A DNA stretch of 63,216 bases, counting the filler, from Circinaria calcarea (lineage: Eukaryota), in NCBI GenBank assembly GCA_051942165.1. It is 10 parts of 10 records of this genome, joined end to end, with 100 filler letters (N's around TTAATTAATTAA, not from the genome) between each part and the next. Parts side by side here need not be neighbours in the genome. Positions count along the whole stretch, not along the records: positions 1 to 6,243 come from JAVECS010001630.1; positions 6,344 to 12,585 come from JAVECS010001631.1; 8 more parts are not named here. One strand, 5' to 3'. A model generated the notes under the pieces. The model had not been told where the DNA came from. It ran no database searches and worked only from the letters and a program-made list of their open reading frames with translations. The translations under genes were made by a program, and so were the position numbers. This document shows positions 1-12,685 of the stretch, one piece after another; positions within the stretch are counted from its first letter, which is position 1; every line of letters begins with the position of its first letter.

Positions 1-33
1 AACTTCTCTCGGCCGTCCACCTCGATCTGCCAT
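1..33 (-). CDS. 5' fragment of a gene running off the contig start (MADRGGRPREV...)
   Basis: ATG at 33 on the minus strand, open to position 1. A putative 5'UTR intron lies upstream (GTAAGC at 367 ... CTAAC ... TAG near 287). Confidence 0.3.
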   Translation of the reverse strand, partial: MADRGGRPREV

Positions 34-902
34 TATCGAGTAGGTAACGGAATGGACACGGTAATCGGAGTGACTGAATTCAGAGTACCTGCGGCGTCGT
101 GCTGAACACCTTCCCAAGGCTTAGTCGAGGTCTGACTGGTGTAACATTCAATGTCGGTAGGGTTTGGTGATGATTCGGCAGCGGCTTTGTTGGAAGCCTT
201 TGTGATGACTCTAGCCGCTTTAGTACTATCGTAATATGCTGAGATGGTGAAGCTTGCTTGGAAAGAGAGTATGCAACAAGTCGCTCTAGATCGGTGTTAG
301 TAGCTTGAATGATTGTGAATAGGTTGTAGATGGCGAAAATGCATAAATGTTAGATGCGCCTGCTTACTTTACTCGTGCTGCCGATACCACCCGCTATCAA
401 ATGACGTTCTGGCTGGTGGCTGCTATCCCTGTCCCGTATCGCCACGTGCTCGTGGCGGATCTACAGAGTAGAGACGAGTTGACGCTGACAAGATACTGAA
501 CACTCAAGAGAGCGGCGAGTTTAGAAAAAAAGGACAATAGCTCAGATATTCAGCATTAGTACTATGGTATACAAAAGAGCAAGGAGGCGGAGCCTAGAGA
601 TGGCAGGACAACTCAGTCAAAGCAAACTTCAGCCTTATTGCTCGTGCCTTTCTTCCGAGTTCTTCAACCTTCTTCGTTGGTCTTCTCAAGAATCACCTAC
701 GACTGGTCGGAATTCCTCCAAGATCCTATGAGGGAATCTTAGCTTACAACAACGCATCAAGATTGTTGAGCACAATGTAATCAACAGTTCTCGTTTGAGT
801 GGACGCTACGAATTGATTGGACATCTTGTACAGAAGTCCATAACGCCGATATTCAGAATCCAGACGCCTGCCTTTGCAGTCCAAATTCAGGATACGTAGC
901 CC

Positions 903-1544
903 TCACCGCCGTCTTGCGCCCTTAAATATCATACTGCCCAGAACACCAGCGGCAATCGCAACACCACTTAGTATAGCCACGCCTACCAGTCCGTCCTTTG
1001 CCACCTTGTCGTCGATCAACCCTCGCAAACTTCCTGCCTGCAGATTTCCCGGTTCCAGATCGAGTAGGAGATCGTTATATCGCCTTGCTTCCGCGTAGTT
1101 GCCGAGCTTGTAGTGACCCAGGGCTAGGTAATAAAGGCACTCTCGCCTCCGCTCTGGCGCATTTCGAAAGATTTCAGAAAGTAGTCGCACGCCTTCTTGC
1201 TGCTCGCCGCGCGCATTTGATTTGATCAGGCCCTAAGCTGGTTTAGAGATGCTTGGAAAGTTTGTCAAGGAGGGCCTGACCCATGCATAGTTGAATTTAG
1301 TCTGGACACCGACGTATTCCCCTTCCTTCTCATACTGTCCACGAAGGACTTGAAGCTCATCCGGCCTCAGCGGGCTAGCAAAAGACTGTTAGTATTGGTG
1401 TAGCAGACCGGTACTTTTGAACCCTCACCTTTCAGCATCCGCAGCGTCTAGTAATCGGAAGGACATGTTAGCGGACTTTGCACTATAGCTAGAGAGCAAG
1501 GGAAGAAAAGGGAATCTTTACTTACATGGCAAGTTTGAACCCAT
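903..1544 (-). CDS. FIS1: Mitochondrial/peroxisomal fission protein Fis1 (4 exons)
   Basis: Spliced translation [49 protein letters not shown]...[19 protein letters not shown]..., with TPR-like motifs and a C-terminal TM segment plus basic tail. Three GT-AG introns. Confidence 0.96.
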
Positions 1545-1862
1545 ACCGAATTACCCTCCCCAGTTTGGCGTGTTGTAGCTGGAGGAGGCAGAACGAAAAC
1601 TAACCCACCATAGCTAGTTGATCCCATGCTCGGTTCACATGCTTTTGGTAGCGTGGCGCCAAGGTTTGCGGGAAGCCGCATCCGTTTGTTTACATGACTT
1701 TCTATACGAATTAATCCAGGAATTAATTGATATTCTCGACGTTCCCCACCAGAACTTGATAATCAGTGTACTCAAAACAACATTGGTATAAAACTAGAGC
1801 TAGCCGTTACTTCTAAAACTAGACGTCCGTCCTGAGAATAGTTCCATTGTCCGACTATCGCT

Positions 1863-2682
1863 ATGCTTCTCGACGAGGACCCCGCAACGGTATACTAATG
1901 TCTTTTAATGGTTCGAGCGTTGTGACCACTAACGCGACGCCAGCTTATCCATCACACGATTGGCAACTTCAATATCCACCCTGACAAAAGCGCCATATCC
2001 CGTATTCACGAATCCCTCTCTACTTTACACCAAGCCCGCGACCTGCGCATCCGGGAGGCCGAAGGCGCTCTTAAAAGTTTGTCTCTCATAGAAATCTCCC
2101 AACCGTTGCTTCATCCCAACTATTTAAATTCTCTAACCTGTTCCTGCGCACAGAGCTCTCCCGCAACCTTAGTACACTTTCCGCGCAACACACCGAAACA
2201 GTAGCCTCTCACTCCAGTACTTCGCATGCCTCCCAAATCGTTGAGCTCGACACGCAGAAATTCCGGATCGCCAAAGCAGCCAGCGATTTGGAAATTGAAG
2301 GGGAGCGCTTGGAGCAGGAACTCGAAAGTCTAAAAGCCAAGCTAGCGGAGTTGGAGGCGCAAGGGGTCGAAGGGGATGAGAGCGAAAGAGCAAGGAGGGA
2401 GGCTGAGGATCCGGTCGTGTAAGTACTTCTACAGCTTCATGACCTGCAAGTTTACCCTTGAGGTAAGAGTTACAGAAGAAAGCCATCGCTAATGTAAACG
2501 GTCATTAAAGCCTAAGACTCGGAGTCTATCGCAAACTAGGCATCGACATCGAAGCGGACAAGGCAGGCAGCTACAACAAAGCTATCATACGGAACAGCCA
2601 GAAAGGGGACGTCCATGTCCTGAATATAGACCCAAAAGTCTCGCAGTACTTTTATGCCAATTACTTCTGGCAGACCATATAA
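1863..2682 (+). CDS. SPC24: Kinetochore Ndc80-complex subunit Spc24 (4 exons)
   Basis: Spliced translation [24 protein letters not shown]...[24 protein letters not shown]...|[14 protein letters not shown]...[25 protein letters not shown]. Divergent from FIS1 (~320 bp between ATGs). Missing from the ORF track because of introns. Confidence 0.92.
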
Positions 2683-3265
2683 CGGTTGTACGGTATGGCG
2701 TTAAGGTAACTCCCACGGTTTTGGGAAGTTGTAGTTCTGGAATTAGCGTTTGTATTGGTTTCCCCCCCCGGAGCCTATACAAGTCGACGTCTTGGGGCCT
2801 TGACTTATCCGGTTAGTGGTAGGGAAGAGAGGTGTTTTCTGCTTCAGCAAGTAGCTTGCTCTTTTTCATAATGGCATTCGGCCAACGTTCTGCAACATTA
2901 CAGCAATGGACAGTCAGTGAACTCTAGGAAACCGCAACATCAGACATATGCGTAATATTTCCTGGGCCTACCAGAAGCGACCGACTGAGATTTGATACCT
3001 TTTCGCACTTGTAAGTTTGGTCTCTTCGGGCAGTGGGTTCCAAGCGCACGCTTCTGGCACATGTCACCAAGAAATGGAAGCAATCAACACGATAGCAGAT
3101 CAGAGTTCAGAGCTATCCACGCTCCTATCTAAGTGTCTGCACAGCAAGATTCTCTCCTCCCGCTACCTTCCACCATCAGCCCCAAAGCATTATCTCGCCA
3201 TACCCCACGCCGCATCCAGACTTAGCCCCTCTTTCCCCAACTCCGTTGTTCCATGCGAACTGGAC

Positions 3266-3665
3266 TTAAAACCACTGACAGTGGCAATTGTGGGTGCAGA
3301 GCTCGCTACAATCGACGCAAAATGGTTTTCCAGCGCCTGAGCAGAAGTAGTCGCGGTTCCTGCAGTCCTTTATGTCGGCTGGACTTTTGTCACGAAGGCA
3401 AGGTTAGCAGGGAAATGGTTCTGTACCGGGGGGGAAGTTCGGTGACTACCGGCTGCACACTAGGCCCCAGAAGGTCGTTGGCCCGGGGGGACGCGAGGTT
3501 ACATTGGTGGCTGGAGCGGTGAAAGCGAGCTGGGAATGCATGGCAAGGGAGAGAAGAACGGCTAAGGTAGAAGAATGTAGGTCAGCAAGGTTTTCGGATG
3601 GAAGGACGTTGTGGGTGGTTGGTTGTGGGAAACGCCAGGATACCTTTGAGAGACCAATGCATCAT
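3266..3665 (-). CDS. Small secreted cysteine-rich protein, 83 aa, 3 exons (3665-3644, 3561-3450, 3383-3266)
   Basis: Introns GTATCC..CTGAC..TAG and GTAGTC..CTAAC..AAG join in frame to give MMHWSLKAVLLSLAMHSQLAFTAPATNVTSRPPGPTTFWGLVCSRPADIKDCRNRDYFCSGAGKPFCVDCSELCTHNCHCQWF*. Confidence 0.75.
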
Positions 3666-4459
3666 GATGATGGACTTGAGTTGTATTTTGCAGATGTCTG
3701 GGTATGTGAGATTGATGGCTTTTCCTTTGATGGAGAGAGGTGTATGGACGGAAGGTTGAAGAAGGAGATGAGGCAAGCCGACTGCCACTTACTTTATACC
3801 TGAGGGCAATGATACAGTTCACCAGTCACTGATCCGTGAATCATGGCAAGAATAAGAGGAGATGCAATTCACGTGGAGAGTAGGATTCATTCATCTGTGC
3901 AGCTCGAGACGGATATCAAAACCGATATAGTGGCAATCACCTAAATAGGAAACCTTTGGGGCCGAATTAGAGTAAGTTTAAGAGAGCTGGATAACTAAGC
4001 TATCGGGCCTCAAGGAATGTCTAAAAACCAAATAACGAGATGAAGCAAAAACTACAACTACAGAAGGCAATCTCCTGAGATTATAAATGGCTTCTCTTGA
4101 GAATACAAGTGGCTCAGGCAGTTTAGGCAGTGTTGGCTTATAGCACATTGCATTTGCAAATAAGAACATGTCTAGACTAGTAAGCTTCAACGGAAAAGTC
4201 CAGCGGCAAGACTCCGCGCTAAAACTTGTAACATGAGCAAAAAGCAGTACCACAGTAAATGTAGTCGTGAGCCTGAATCATGTAGGGAGATCAAAGTACA
4301 TGTAATTATAACGTCATGAGTTTACGTTGCCGGTCAGTCCAGGAAAATCATGTGAAAATGAAGGGGTTGAGTTGAGGATCGGCAATAATCACCCGAAGCT
4401 CCGAGCTGTTTTCTTACCATGTGCCACTCGTCCGTTATGATGATAGATGCTAGACAAGC

Positions 4460-6243
4460 ATGCCTCGACATAGACCGCCCACATCTGGATATGCCCGTTT
4501 ATCTCAAGCGGAGGAAGAAGATGGAAATAGATATCTGGACGACTCCGACTCCGACGATGTCCATCAACCCCCCCAAACCATCTCAGTCTCCGCACCACAA
4601 TATGCCCCCATTCAGCCCCAACCTCACCGCCCTATGCCCGGCCCCTCAGAGGGCTACTCCGGACACCGACGGCGCCCCAGTGCTGGCCGGCGACGTATGC
4701 GAAGCAATTCCTCTGGTGTTGATATAAAGGCTATAAACGCAAGACTAGAAAGGTGGGCCGAGGAAATAGCCGCGAAATTCAAGATCAACAAGGTTAAAGG
4801 GAAAACGGAGCACGAAGAGCAGCTGGAGATTCATCATTCGGTTTTCCGACCTCCCGAGGGCCTCCGGCCTGCTACTGCGGAAACCTTGTCTTCCGATGTG
4901 ACAGACGGTCATGGGGAGCGGATGACAAAGATCGAGTTCGACGATGTGGTTGAAAGTGTTAAAGTAGCAATCGAGCTTGGGGTACATCCAAAAATGATCT
5001 CGCAGGGGAGTTCTGGCAGCTATTTCGCTCGGAATGCAGAGGGGAAAGTGGTCGGAGTCTTTAAACCAAAGGATGAAGAGCCGTATGCCTCGAGGAATCC
5101 CAAGTGGACGAAATGGATACACCGGAACCTTTTCCCGTGTTTCTTCGGTCGAGCGTGTTTGATACCCAACCTTTCATATGTTTCCGAGGCAGCGGCATAT
5201 GTTTTAGACACTCGATTACGGACTAACCTGGTTCCCTACACGGACATTGTCTACTTGTCTTCAAAATCCTTCTTTTACGATTTTTGGCAGAGATCGAATT
5301 ACTATCGGAAACGGAAGCCTTTACCACCGAAAGTGGGAAGTTTTCAAGTGTTTTTGCAGGGGTTTAAGGATGCCAACGTCTTCCTACGCGACCATCCATG
5401 GCCGGATCAATTGAATCCAGGTTTTCGTCCGCAAGATGCCCCAAAAACGAGGCTCAGACCATGGGCCGAGACTTGTAGGCCTAGCGGTATTAACTCTGAA
5501 GATGAGGACGAAAGGCAAGACGAGATCCGGTCTTCCGTATCAGAAAATGAAACACAAGGAAGGAGGTTCGTTTGGACAAGCGCCCTACAGCAGTCGTTTC
5601 GAGAGGAACTAGAAAAACTTGTCGTGCTAGATTATATCATGAGGAATACAGATCGAGGTTTGGATAACTGGATGGTTAAAGTCGACTGGCACAACCAAGA
5701 GGTCTCTATCGCCTCCGAACCTCCAAAGTTGAACGGTACCCCGAGTGAACCTGCTACACGGCTAAGGTCAAAGGCTAACGGCGGCACTGCCCCTTCCGAC
5801 TCCAGTCCGTACCGGCGCCAAGAGACAATGTTGCCAAATAGTAGATCTGGGACTCCAACAAATTCCCAGACCTCAGGACGGCCGCCTTCCATTTCTATCG
5901 GTGCAATCGATAACAGTCTGTCATGGCCCTGGAAGCATCCGGATGCTGTGAGTAACGACGATCCCTTGAGAGATAGTACCGGTGACTAACGGAAAAGCAG
6001 TGGCGTAGCTTTCCTTTCGGCTGGCTATTTCTACCTGTATCCCTCATCGGGCAACCATTCTCTCAAAAGACACGCGATCATTTTCTTCCGTTACTGACTT
6101 CGACATACTGGTGGAGTGAGACTCAAATGGCTCTCCGACGGGTCTTCAGCCAAGACTCCGATTTCAAGGAGAGCATGTTTGCGCGACAAATTGCTGTCAT
6201 GAAAGGTCAAGCATGGAATGTGGTGGAAACGTTGAAAACTCCA
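4460..6243 (+). CDS. LSB6: Phosphatidylinositol 4-kinase type II, 3' truncated by contig end
   Basis: Motifs ISQGSSGSYF, VFKPKDEEPY, LDYIMRNTDRGLDNWM and AIDNSLSWPWKHPD. Intron 5948-6000, then WRSFPFGWLFLP. Confidence 0.95.
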
Positions 6244-6343
6244 NNNNNNNNNNNNNNNNNNNNNNNNNNNNNNNNNNNNNNNNNNNNTTAATTAATTAAN
6301 NNNNNNNNNNNNNNNNNNNNNNNNNNNNNNNNNNNNNNNNNNN
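6244..6343. other. Artificial contig linker
   Basis: N44-TTAATTAATTAA-N44 (six-frame stop spacer). Confidence 0.99.
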
Positions 6344-7115
6344 CAACCCTATACTTGCGCGCGCGCGCGAAGACTCTCACACCCAACATTCTACCCCCCC
6401 CCGGATGGTTCATTCATTTACATCCCATTAATCATACATACCAGGCTATCCTAGGCACATCCATCAGGGTTCTAGAAAGTCTGAGGTATTTCGGGTTCGG
6501 GTTTAGGTTCGGGTTAGGGCGGTTGAGCGGTCTTCAGGCCGTTGAAGGGTATGTATGGAAAAAAAGTGTTTGGGAAAAAGAGTGTAACATATGTGTGTGC
6601 GGGCGAACACTTTATTCCAGCGACTCTCTCCCCAAAAAACAAACAAACGAAAAGAAAAGCATACGGAGTACAGTCGCGAGAAGGATAACGGTTGGTTCTC
6701 CGTATTTGGGGTTACTGGGGTTAACGGAGTGTACGCTACCTTCCCCCTCACCTTTCTTTGGGAGGGGGGCCGTCTCTATTCGCTTCCGCTCCGGCGGTCT
6801 TTCAGAGTCCTGGTCCTTGTCCTAGTTAGCTTTCTTTCTTTTTCTGTTATTGACATGTAGTAAGTGAGTGGTTCGTCTAGGGTGGGAATAGGGGTCAAAA
6901 TCGCATGTATTTTTTCTTTTCTTTTTAATAGACATACCAATAATAAGCCTTACCCTTACTTAGCCTTTGTCTTAATTTTAGGTATGAAGAGCAGGGGACT
7001 TGGGATGGGAACATTGCGGACTTGGGAAACGGTTCTTTCATGTATGTCGTAAACAGAACCAGATAGGTAATAGATCATTATATAATCGAGATGATAAGCA
7101 AAAGTGATCAAACTC

Positions 7116-8402
7116 TTAATCCACCCATCCCCACTTCTTCCTAAACCATTTTATCACATACACCAGACTCACCAGCACCGGCACCTCGATTAGTGGTCCC
7201 ACCGTACTCGCCAGCGCCTGTCCGCTACCCACGCCGTAAACCGCCACCACGACTGCAATTGCCAACTCAAAATTATTGCTGGCGGCGGTGAAACTCTGCG
7301 TGCAGGAGACACGATAGCCGAAGCCGAATTTGCGGCAGAGCATCACCGTGGCGGTGAAGACGATGGCGAAGTAGACAATCAGCGGCGGGCAGACGCGGAG
7401 GACGGAGGTGATTTGCGTGACGACGTGCTGGCCTTGGCTGGCGAAGAGAACGATGATGGTGAAGAGAAGGACGATGAGGCTGAAGGGCGCGACGAGGCGG
7501 ATGAACCACATTTGATAGTTTCGCTCTCCGAGTGTGGAGCGCAAGGCGACTCTGGTAATGACCGCTGCAGCGAGCGGGATACCCAGGAAGACGGCCACGC
7601 TCTGCGCGACCGTCGAGTAGCTCACCGCGACGTCCTCGCTCGCATGACTGACGACCTTGATGTAGAAGAGGGCAAAGGGCGCGAAGAGGACGATCTGGAG
7701 GATGCTATTGAAGGCGACGAGGACGGCGCAGTAATCGCCGTCACCACCAGCGAGGTCCGTCCAGATGAGGACCATGGCAATGCAGCGGGCGATACCGACG
7801 AAGATGAGGCCCTGGCGGAGGTCAGGCCGGTCGGGGAGGAAGGCCCAGGCGAGGGCTGTCATGAGGAGGGGGGCGAAGATCCAGTTGAGGACAAAGGAGA
7901 GGAGGAGGTGGGTCCAGAGGGCGCGGGAGCGGAGGAGGAGATGCAGGGTTTCGTAGCGGACTTTGCAGAGGATGGGATACATCATAACAAGGAGGCCAAT
8001 TGCTGAGTGGCGAGGATGTGGTTATTAGTGGATTCTGTGGGGAGCGGAAGATTGGGTGGAACAAACCGATGGGGAGGCTGACGCCAACGAATTGGCCTTT
8101 CTGGAGGGCAGGACCGGTGGAGGGGATGAAGTGGCCCAGGATGATACCGATGGCCATGGCGAGAATGATCCAGATTACCAGGAAGCGGTCGAGGAAGGAG
8201 AGGCCCTTGAGGGGTGGGATATCTTTTGCACAGGCGGTAGCATCTAATCGTATACATCAGTATATCTGCTAGTATGGCTGGTGGACCACACTGCGGACAA
8301 CATACCAGGCACTGGGCCATGCTCCGGATCCGAGTATTCACCATGGCCATGCTCTTGATCGGCTTGAGGCTTCTCCAGCACGGAGCGCTCAACCGTATCC
8401 AT
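7116..8402 (-). CDS. ACR3: Arsenite efflux transporter, ACR3 family (3 exons)
   Basis: MDTVERSV...LSFLDRFLVIWIILAMAIG...GLLVMMYPILCKV...GIARCIAMVLIW...SFTAASNNFELAIAV...GPLIEVPVL. Confidence 0.95.
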
Positions 8403-8948
8403 TGCTGTAGATTAAGAGGGAGGTGAGTTTGTGCAGACTTCGGCTTTGAGATTGCCAAGGTTGGCAAGAGTGGCAAGAAAGGCAAGACATCGTGGCTGTT
8501 GGACTTTGGCGCGGATGATGTACTGTGGTATGTAGAGAGTGGATCGCATAAGACCGGGTGGAGGTTTTTTAGACGGGTATGTCACCGGGGCACTTTGATT
8601 GGCTGCCTATTTCCCTTGTTAAATGTTGTCTTAGGTTAGCGCTTCAGTGAGCTTTGATCTACCGGAGGTTGATAATGAGTGAAAGTCGGTAAGATCTCCA
8701 TTGGTTACCATTGCCTTGAAGTAAGGCTCGCTGATAATACCACAGTAAGTGAATACGATTCACGTCGAGTGTGATAAATGCATGCCAAGCCTTAGTCCAA
8801 TGCTTAGTGGGGTTTATGCACGTGAAACACAAGCACCACTGCTCCCCACGACATATTATCTAAACAAAATACATGCCACACCCCACTACTTCAAACTTGA
8901 TCGCACAATCCATCGGAGCACGGTCGGTTCATTGAGACATCATTCAGA

Positions 8949-11900
8949 ATGCCGCGTCTCTCACCTCCCTACACTTGGCTCTGTCTGGCCCTTCTGGTGG
9001 TCCTCCTCTCTTCTCCCGTCGCTGCCTTTGGTGCGGGTAACATTGGTAAGGCTACAGTCCACAGTCCACATCTAAGGCCAAGACACTCATGATATCGTAG
9101 CATCGTTGGCCGCCATCGAAGGTCAGAACTGGCGCCATGGCGATATTGAAGATACCCTGCTCAATATTCTCATGTCCCGCGCGGCTGGCGGTAAAAAGTT
9201 CAGTAAATTGGATGTCAAACGTGTTTACTTTGGCAACTGGCTACGAGACTACAGTCAGGCTGTCGACGTTGGAACCGTCAAATATGTCAGCGCAGAAGCT
9301 ATTCGGTAAATCCCACCTTGTCAGACGCCAAAGGTTTCAGAAGACTAACAGTTCCTAGATTGATACTATGGGTCTTGGGCTTCATGTCTTTTGGCTATGG
9401 GACCAAGGAGTTCGAGGTTACCACCGAGAGATTGGGTTGTTACCGGCCCGAAGAACATATTGACAATCCAAAAGACTATGCTGGTATGCCGTTGACCTGG
9501 GAGAATATCGCTATCCTGCTGAATTGACTCGCGTACTGCAGATAACATTGATGCCCGTCAATATGACAGGAGGCTTCGCGGTCCCGTCGATGAACGTCGA
9601 GAACTGAGCATTGACCAGCGGACTGGTAGGTCTCCCATCAAATTTATATCCTTTTACTAAAAAACTGTCAGGCTTAAAGAAGTATATTGCATCGGAAGAC
9701 GCAGGTATTACCACGTCCGCCGGCCTAGTCCGTAACCTGTTCGGTCGAAGCATCCAACTAGGCAGGCAATACGCTCGGTCACAAAACAAAGCAGACTTGT
9801 ATGAAGTAAGTTTCCAGCTGCATCTATAGTCACAGTGAATCTCCGGTTAATCAAACCCTTCAGGCGCTTCGATTGCTTGGAACAGGATGCCATTGCTTAG
9901 AGGATTACACCGCTCACTCCAACTACGTAGAGCTCGCTTTGATCGAACTGGGCGAACGTGGGGTGTTTCCCCATGTAGGACGTCAAACTCAGTTGAATCT
10001 CCCAGGAGCTCGACATTCGGTCTATCCAATCATTACGGGAACCTTCGGTGGAGTGGACTTTCTTCACAGGTAACTAAACGTAATCTTACTTAAATGATAT
10101 GGTACTAATAATATTATAACCTAGCGTGATGGGTGAGTTTTCGGACAAAGCAACCCAATCCGAACTCCAGGAGCTCGAGGGAACGGTCGAAGCTTCACAG
10201 AGTGGTGGAAACGTCAGCATGCTGCAGGACCTACTCAATCAAGTCCCAGATGGACTTTTTGGAGGCAAAGATGAAGCCGGTAAAGCAGACGAATTGCAGC
10301 AAAATGCCCAGGCTGCACAAATGCAAAACACCCACATCACCCCTCGAGAACCCGAGGAATGGACTAGGCAGCTACAGGAGGTATCTAATCAGATACGACC
10401 GATTCTCGAATGGCACGAGTATGTCGTCGAAGACCTGCTAAAAGTTTGCGGAAGCTAACTATATCTAGCGAGATCATGCAGTCTATCACGGAGACCATTG
10501 AAAAGATTCCGATCCTGCCAGAGCTCATTGAACAAGTCCAAAGTACATCAACTATCTCTGAATGCTATTGATACTGTACTAAGTTACCCTCAGATCAAGT
10601 CAATATCTTTGTTTTTAGCCTTCTTGCGCCTTTTATCTTGCCTATCATTAAACAGGTAAAGGCTGAGCTTAACACCGGATCCTCCGAAATCATCCAGAGT
10701 AGCCGCGAGAAGCAATTGATTGTATTCTCCGATGACCGATGCAGCGACCCCACTCACTCAATGTTATCCAAGGATCACTTTTCCAATATCCTGTGAGTAT
10801 ACTGCTTGATCAGTATCCAATAGAGACCCAGACTAACGTGGGCTCTAGCAACGAGCCTGCAGGCAAAACAGCTAGCCAAATCCTGAAATGGGTAGTACCT
10901 CAGCTTATTGCTTGTTGGGATGACGAGAGGATCGATGTCGACCGCACCTTGACCAGGATCGTGAACGGCGTATTCCATCATCCAGCATTACGTGATTATG
11001 GAGATGACGGAGCCGCCGATGGTAGAAGACTGATGTTTGGAATTGTTCAAACCTGGTGGTCAGAAAAAGATGAGCAGGAAAAATATACACTACGTGACCA
11101 GCTCAGCCGTGATGGTGTCGAACAAGGACGTAACCACAAGGAGGGCGTTCAAGATCATGGTCACGGTAATTGCAAGGTGGGTTTCCTCTTTATTCTTGCT
11201 GGCTGTATACATTAGCTTATGGAGTCCTAGCCGCTTGGGATGCCAAATGCAAGGACGGCAGGAAGTTCAGGAGCCGTAGGCGGTCCTGCTGCAGGTGCGA
11301 TTCTAGGACAGATTACAGACGCCCTGAGTGGGCAGTCTCAGTATGACGCAGGCGCCACGCGTCCAAGTGCTGGTCAGCCGTCGGCAAGCTTTAGCAAGCT
11401 CGCCGGAGAGGCTGTTGGTGGTGGAGCTTTAGGTGGCATTGTTGGAGGTCTTGCCGGCGGTATTGGTGGGGACCTCCTTAGCGGCGTCCTTGGTGGGTCC
11501 GATGTTAAGAAAGAAAGCTTCCAGAAGCAGCAATATGGACATGATGGCTCGTATACTCAGAAATACACACAAACTGGATATCAAGAAGGCCAGCAGCGAT
11601 ATGGACAAGCCGAATATAGTCAGACAAACTACCCTGGAGGAGGTCACCGGGAGGAATTCCAACGTTTCGAACAGGAAGGACGCGGTCAATCTGGTTATGG
11701 TGAACAAGTCATCCGAGATACCACACCAGCGTACGGAGGTGGCTATGAGCAAACTTCCGAGATTCGTCGTGAACACCCTGGAGAGGCTTGGGAATCAGAA
11801 GTTCGTCATGAAGGACGTACCTCAGGTGGAGAGTTCTACAAGAAAGAAAAGCATCACGAGGGATACGGTGGATACAAGAAAAAGGATTCCGATGACGATA

Positions 11901-12585
11901 ACGACTCGGATGATGAGCGAAAGAAGCAACAGCATCACGAGGGATACGGTGGATACAAGAAAAGGGATTCCAACGACGATGACGATTCAGATGATGAGCG
12001 AAAGAAGCAAAAGCATAAGAAGAAGCACAAGAAGCATGGGTCTGATTCTGAAGATGAAGGACTGGCGTATGGTGATAGGGAAGGTGAAGGTAGGAAAGCT
12101 TACGGGCGACAGGAGCAAGAATATGAAGGAGAGAGCCGATTTGGCGGTGAACGCCGAGCATACGATGAAGACGTTTCGAGTCGCCAAACAGAAGGATACG
12201 GGGGTGAATCCCGCTTTGGAGAACGTCGTTCAGGATTCGAATCTGGTGGTATGCCAGGTGGCTTTGGTGATGACCAACTCCAGCCTGAGCGTTCCAGATA
12301 CGGTGGTGGTGACGAGTTTGAGTCTAGAGAACGGATGCCTGGAGGGTTTGGTGGGGGACGTGAGGAAGGTTACGGTGGTAGAGAACAGGGTTATGGTGGT
12401 AGAGAAGAGAGTTACGGTGGCAGGGAAGAGAGATTTGGCGGAGAAAGAGAAGAAACCTTTGGCGAAGGCCGAGGAAGAGGCTACGGCGGCGAAGAAACCT
12501 TTGAACGGACCGAAGATGAAGGTTACGGAGGCAATCAGGGATACGGGGAAGGAGAGGGGTACCAGCAGAGACGTGGATATGGGGA
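8949..12585 (+). CDS. HET-C domain protein: signal peptide, HET-C domain, Gly/Glu/Arg-rich low-complexity tail; multi-exon, 3' truncated
   Basis: AAFGAGNI, NWRHGDIED, VYFGNWLRDYSQAVD, LGCYRPEEHIDNPKDYA, HCLEDYTAHSNYVELAL and DPTHSMLSKDHFSNI are HET-C family motifs. Confidence 0.93.
11850..12010 (+). repeat. 81-bp tandem duplication within the HET-C tail
   Basis: Two copies starting at 11850 and 11931, each encoding HHEGYGGYKKxDSxDDxDSDDERKKQ. Confidence 0.9.
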
Positions 12586-12685
12586 NNNNNNNNNNNNNNN
12601 NNNNNNNNNNNNNNNNNNNNNNNNNNNNNTTAATTAATTAANNNNNNNNNNNNNNNNNNNNNNNNNNNNNNNNNNNNNNNNNNNN
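12586..12685. other. Artificial contig linker
   Basis: N44-TTAATTAATTAA-N44. Confidence 0.99.

Noticed and set aside
6288..6299. TTAATTAATTAA recurring every ~6.3 kb, as a biological repeat or array
   Set aside because: It is always embedded in N-runs of fixed length and is an assembly spacer.
6490..6525. Telomere-like GGGTTCGGGTTTAGGTTCGGGTTAGGG
   Set aside because: Only one exact TTAGGG, degenerate, and not at the contig end.
7413..8006. Long antisense ORFs over ACR3 (and similarly over DUF4336 at 44799-45557)
   Set aside because: Expected from high GC3 on the sense strand.
11433..12641. 402-aa overlapping ORF in an alternative frame of HET-C
   Set aside because: A shadow frame of low-complexity purine-rich coding sequence, with no protein-like motifs.
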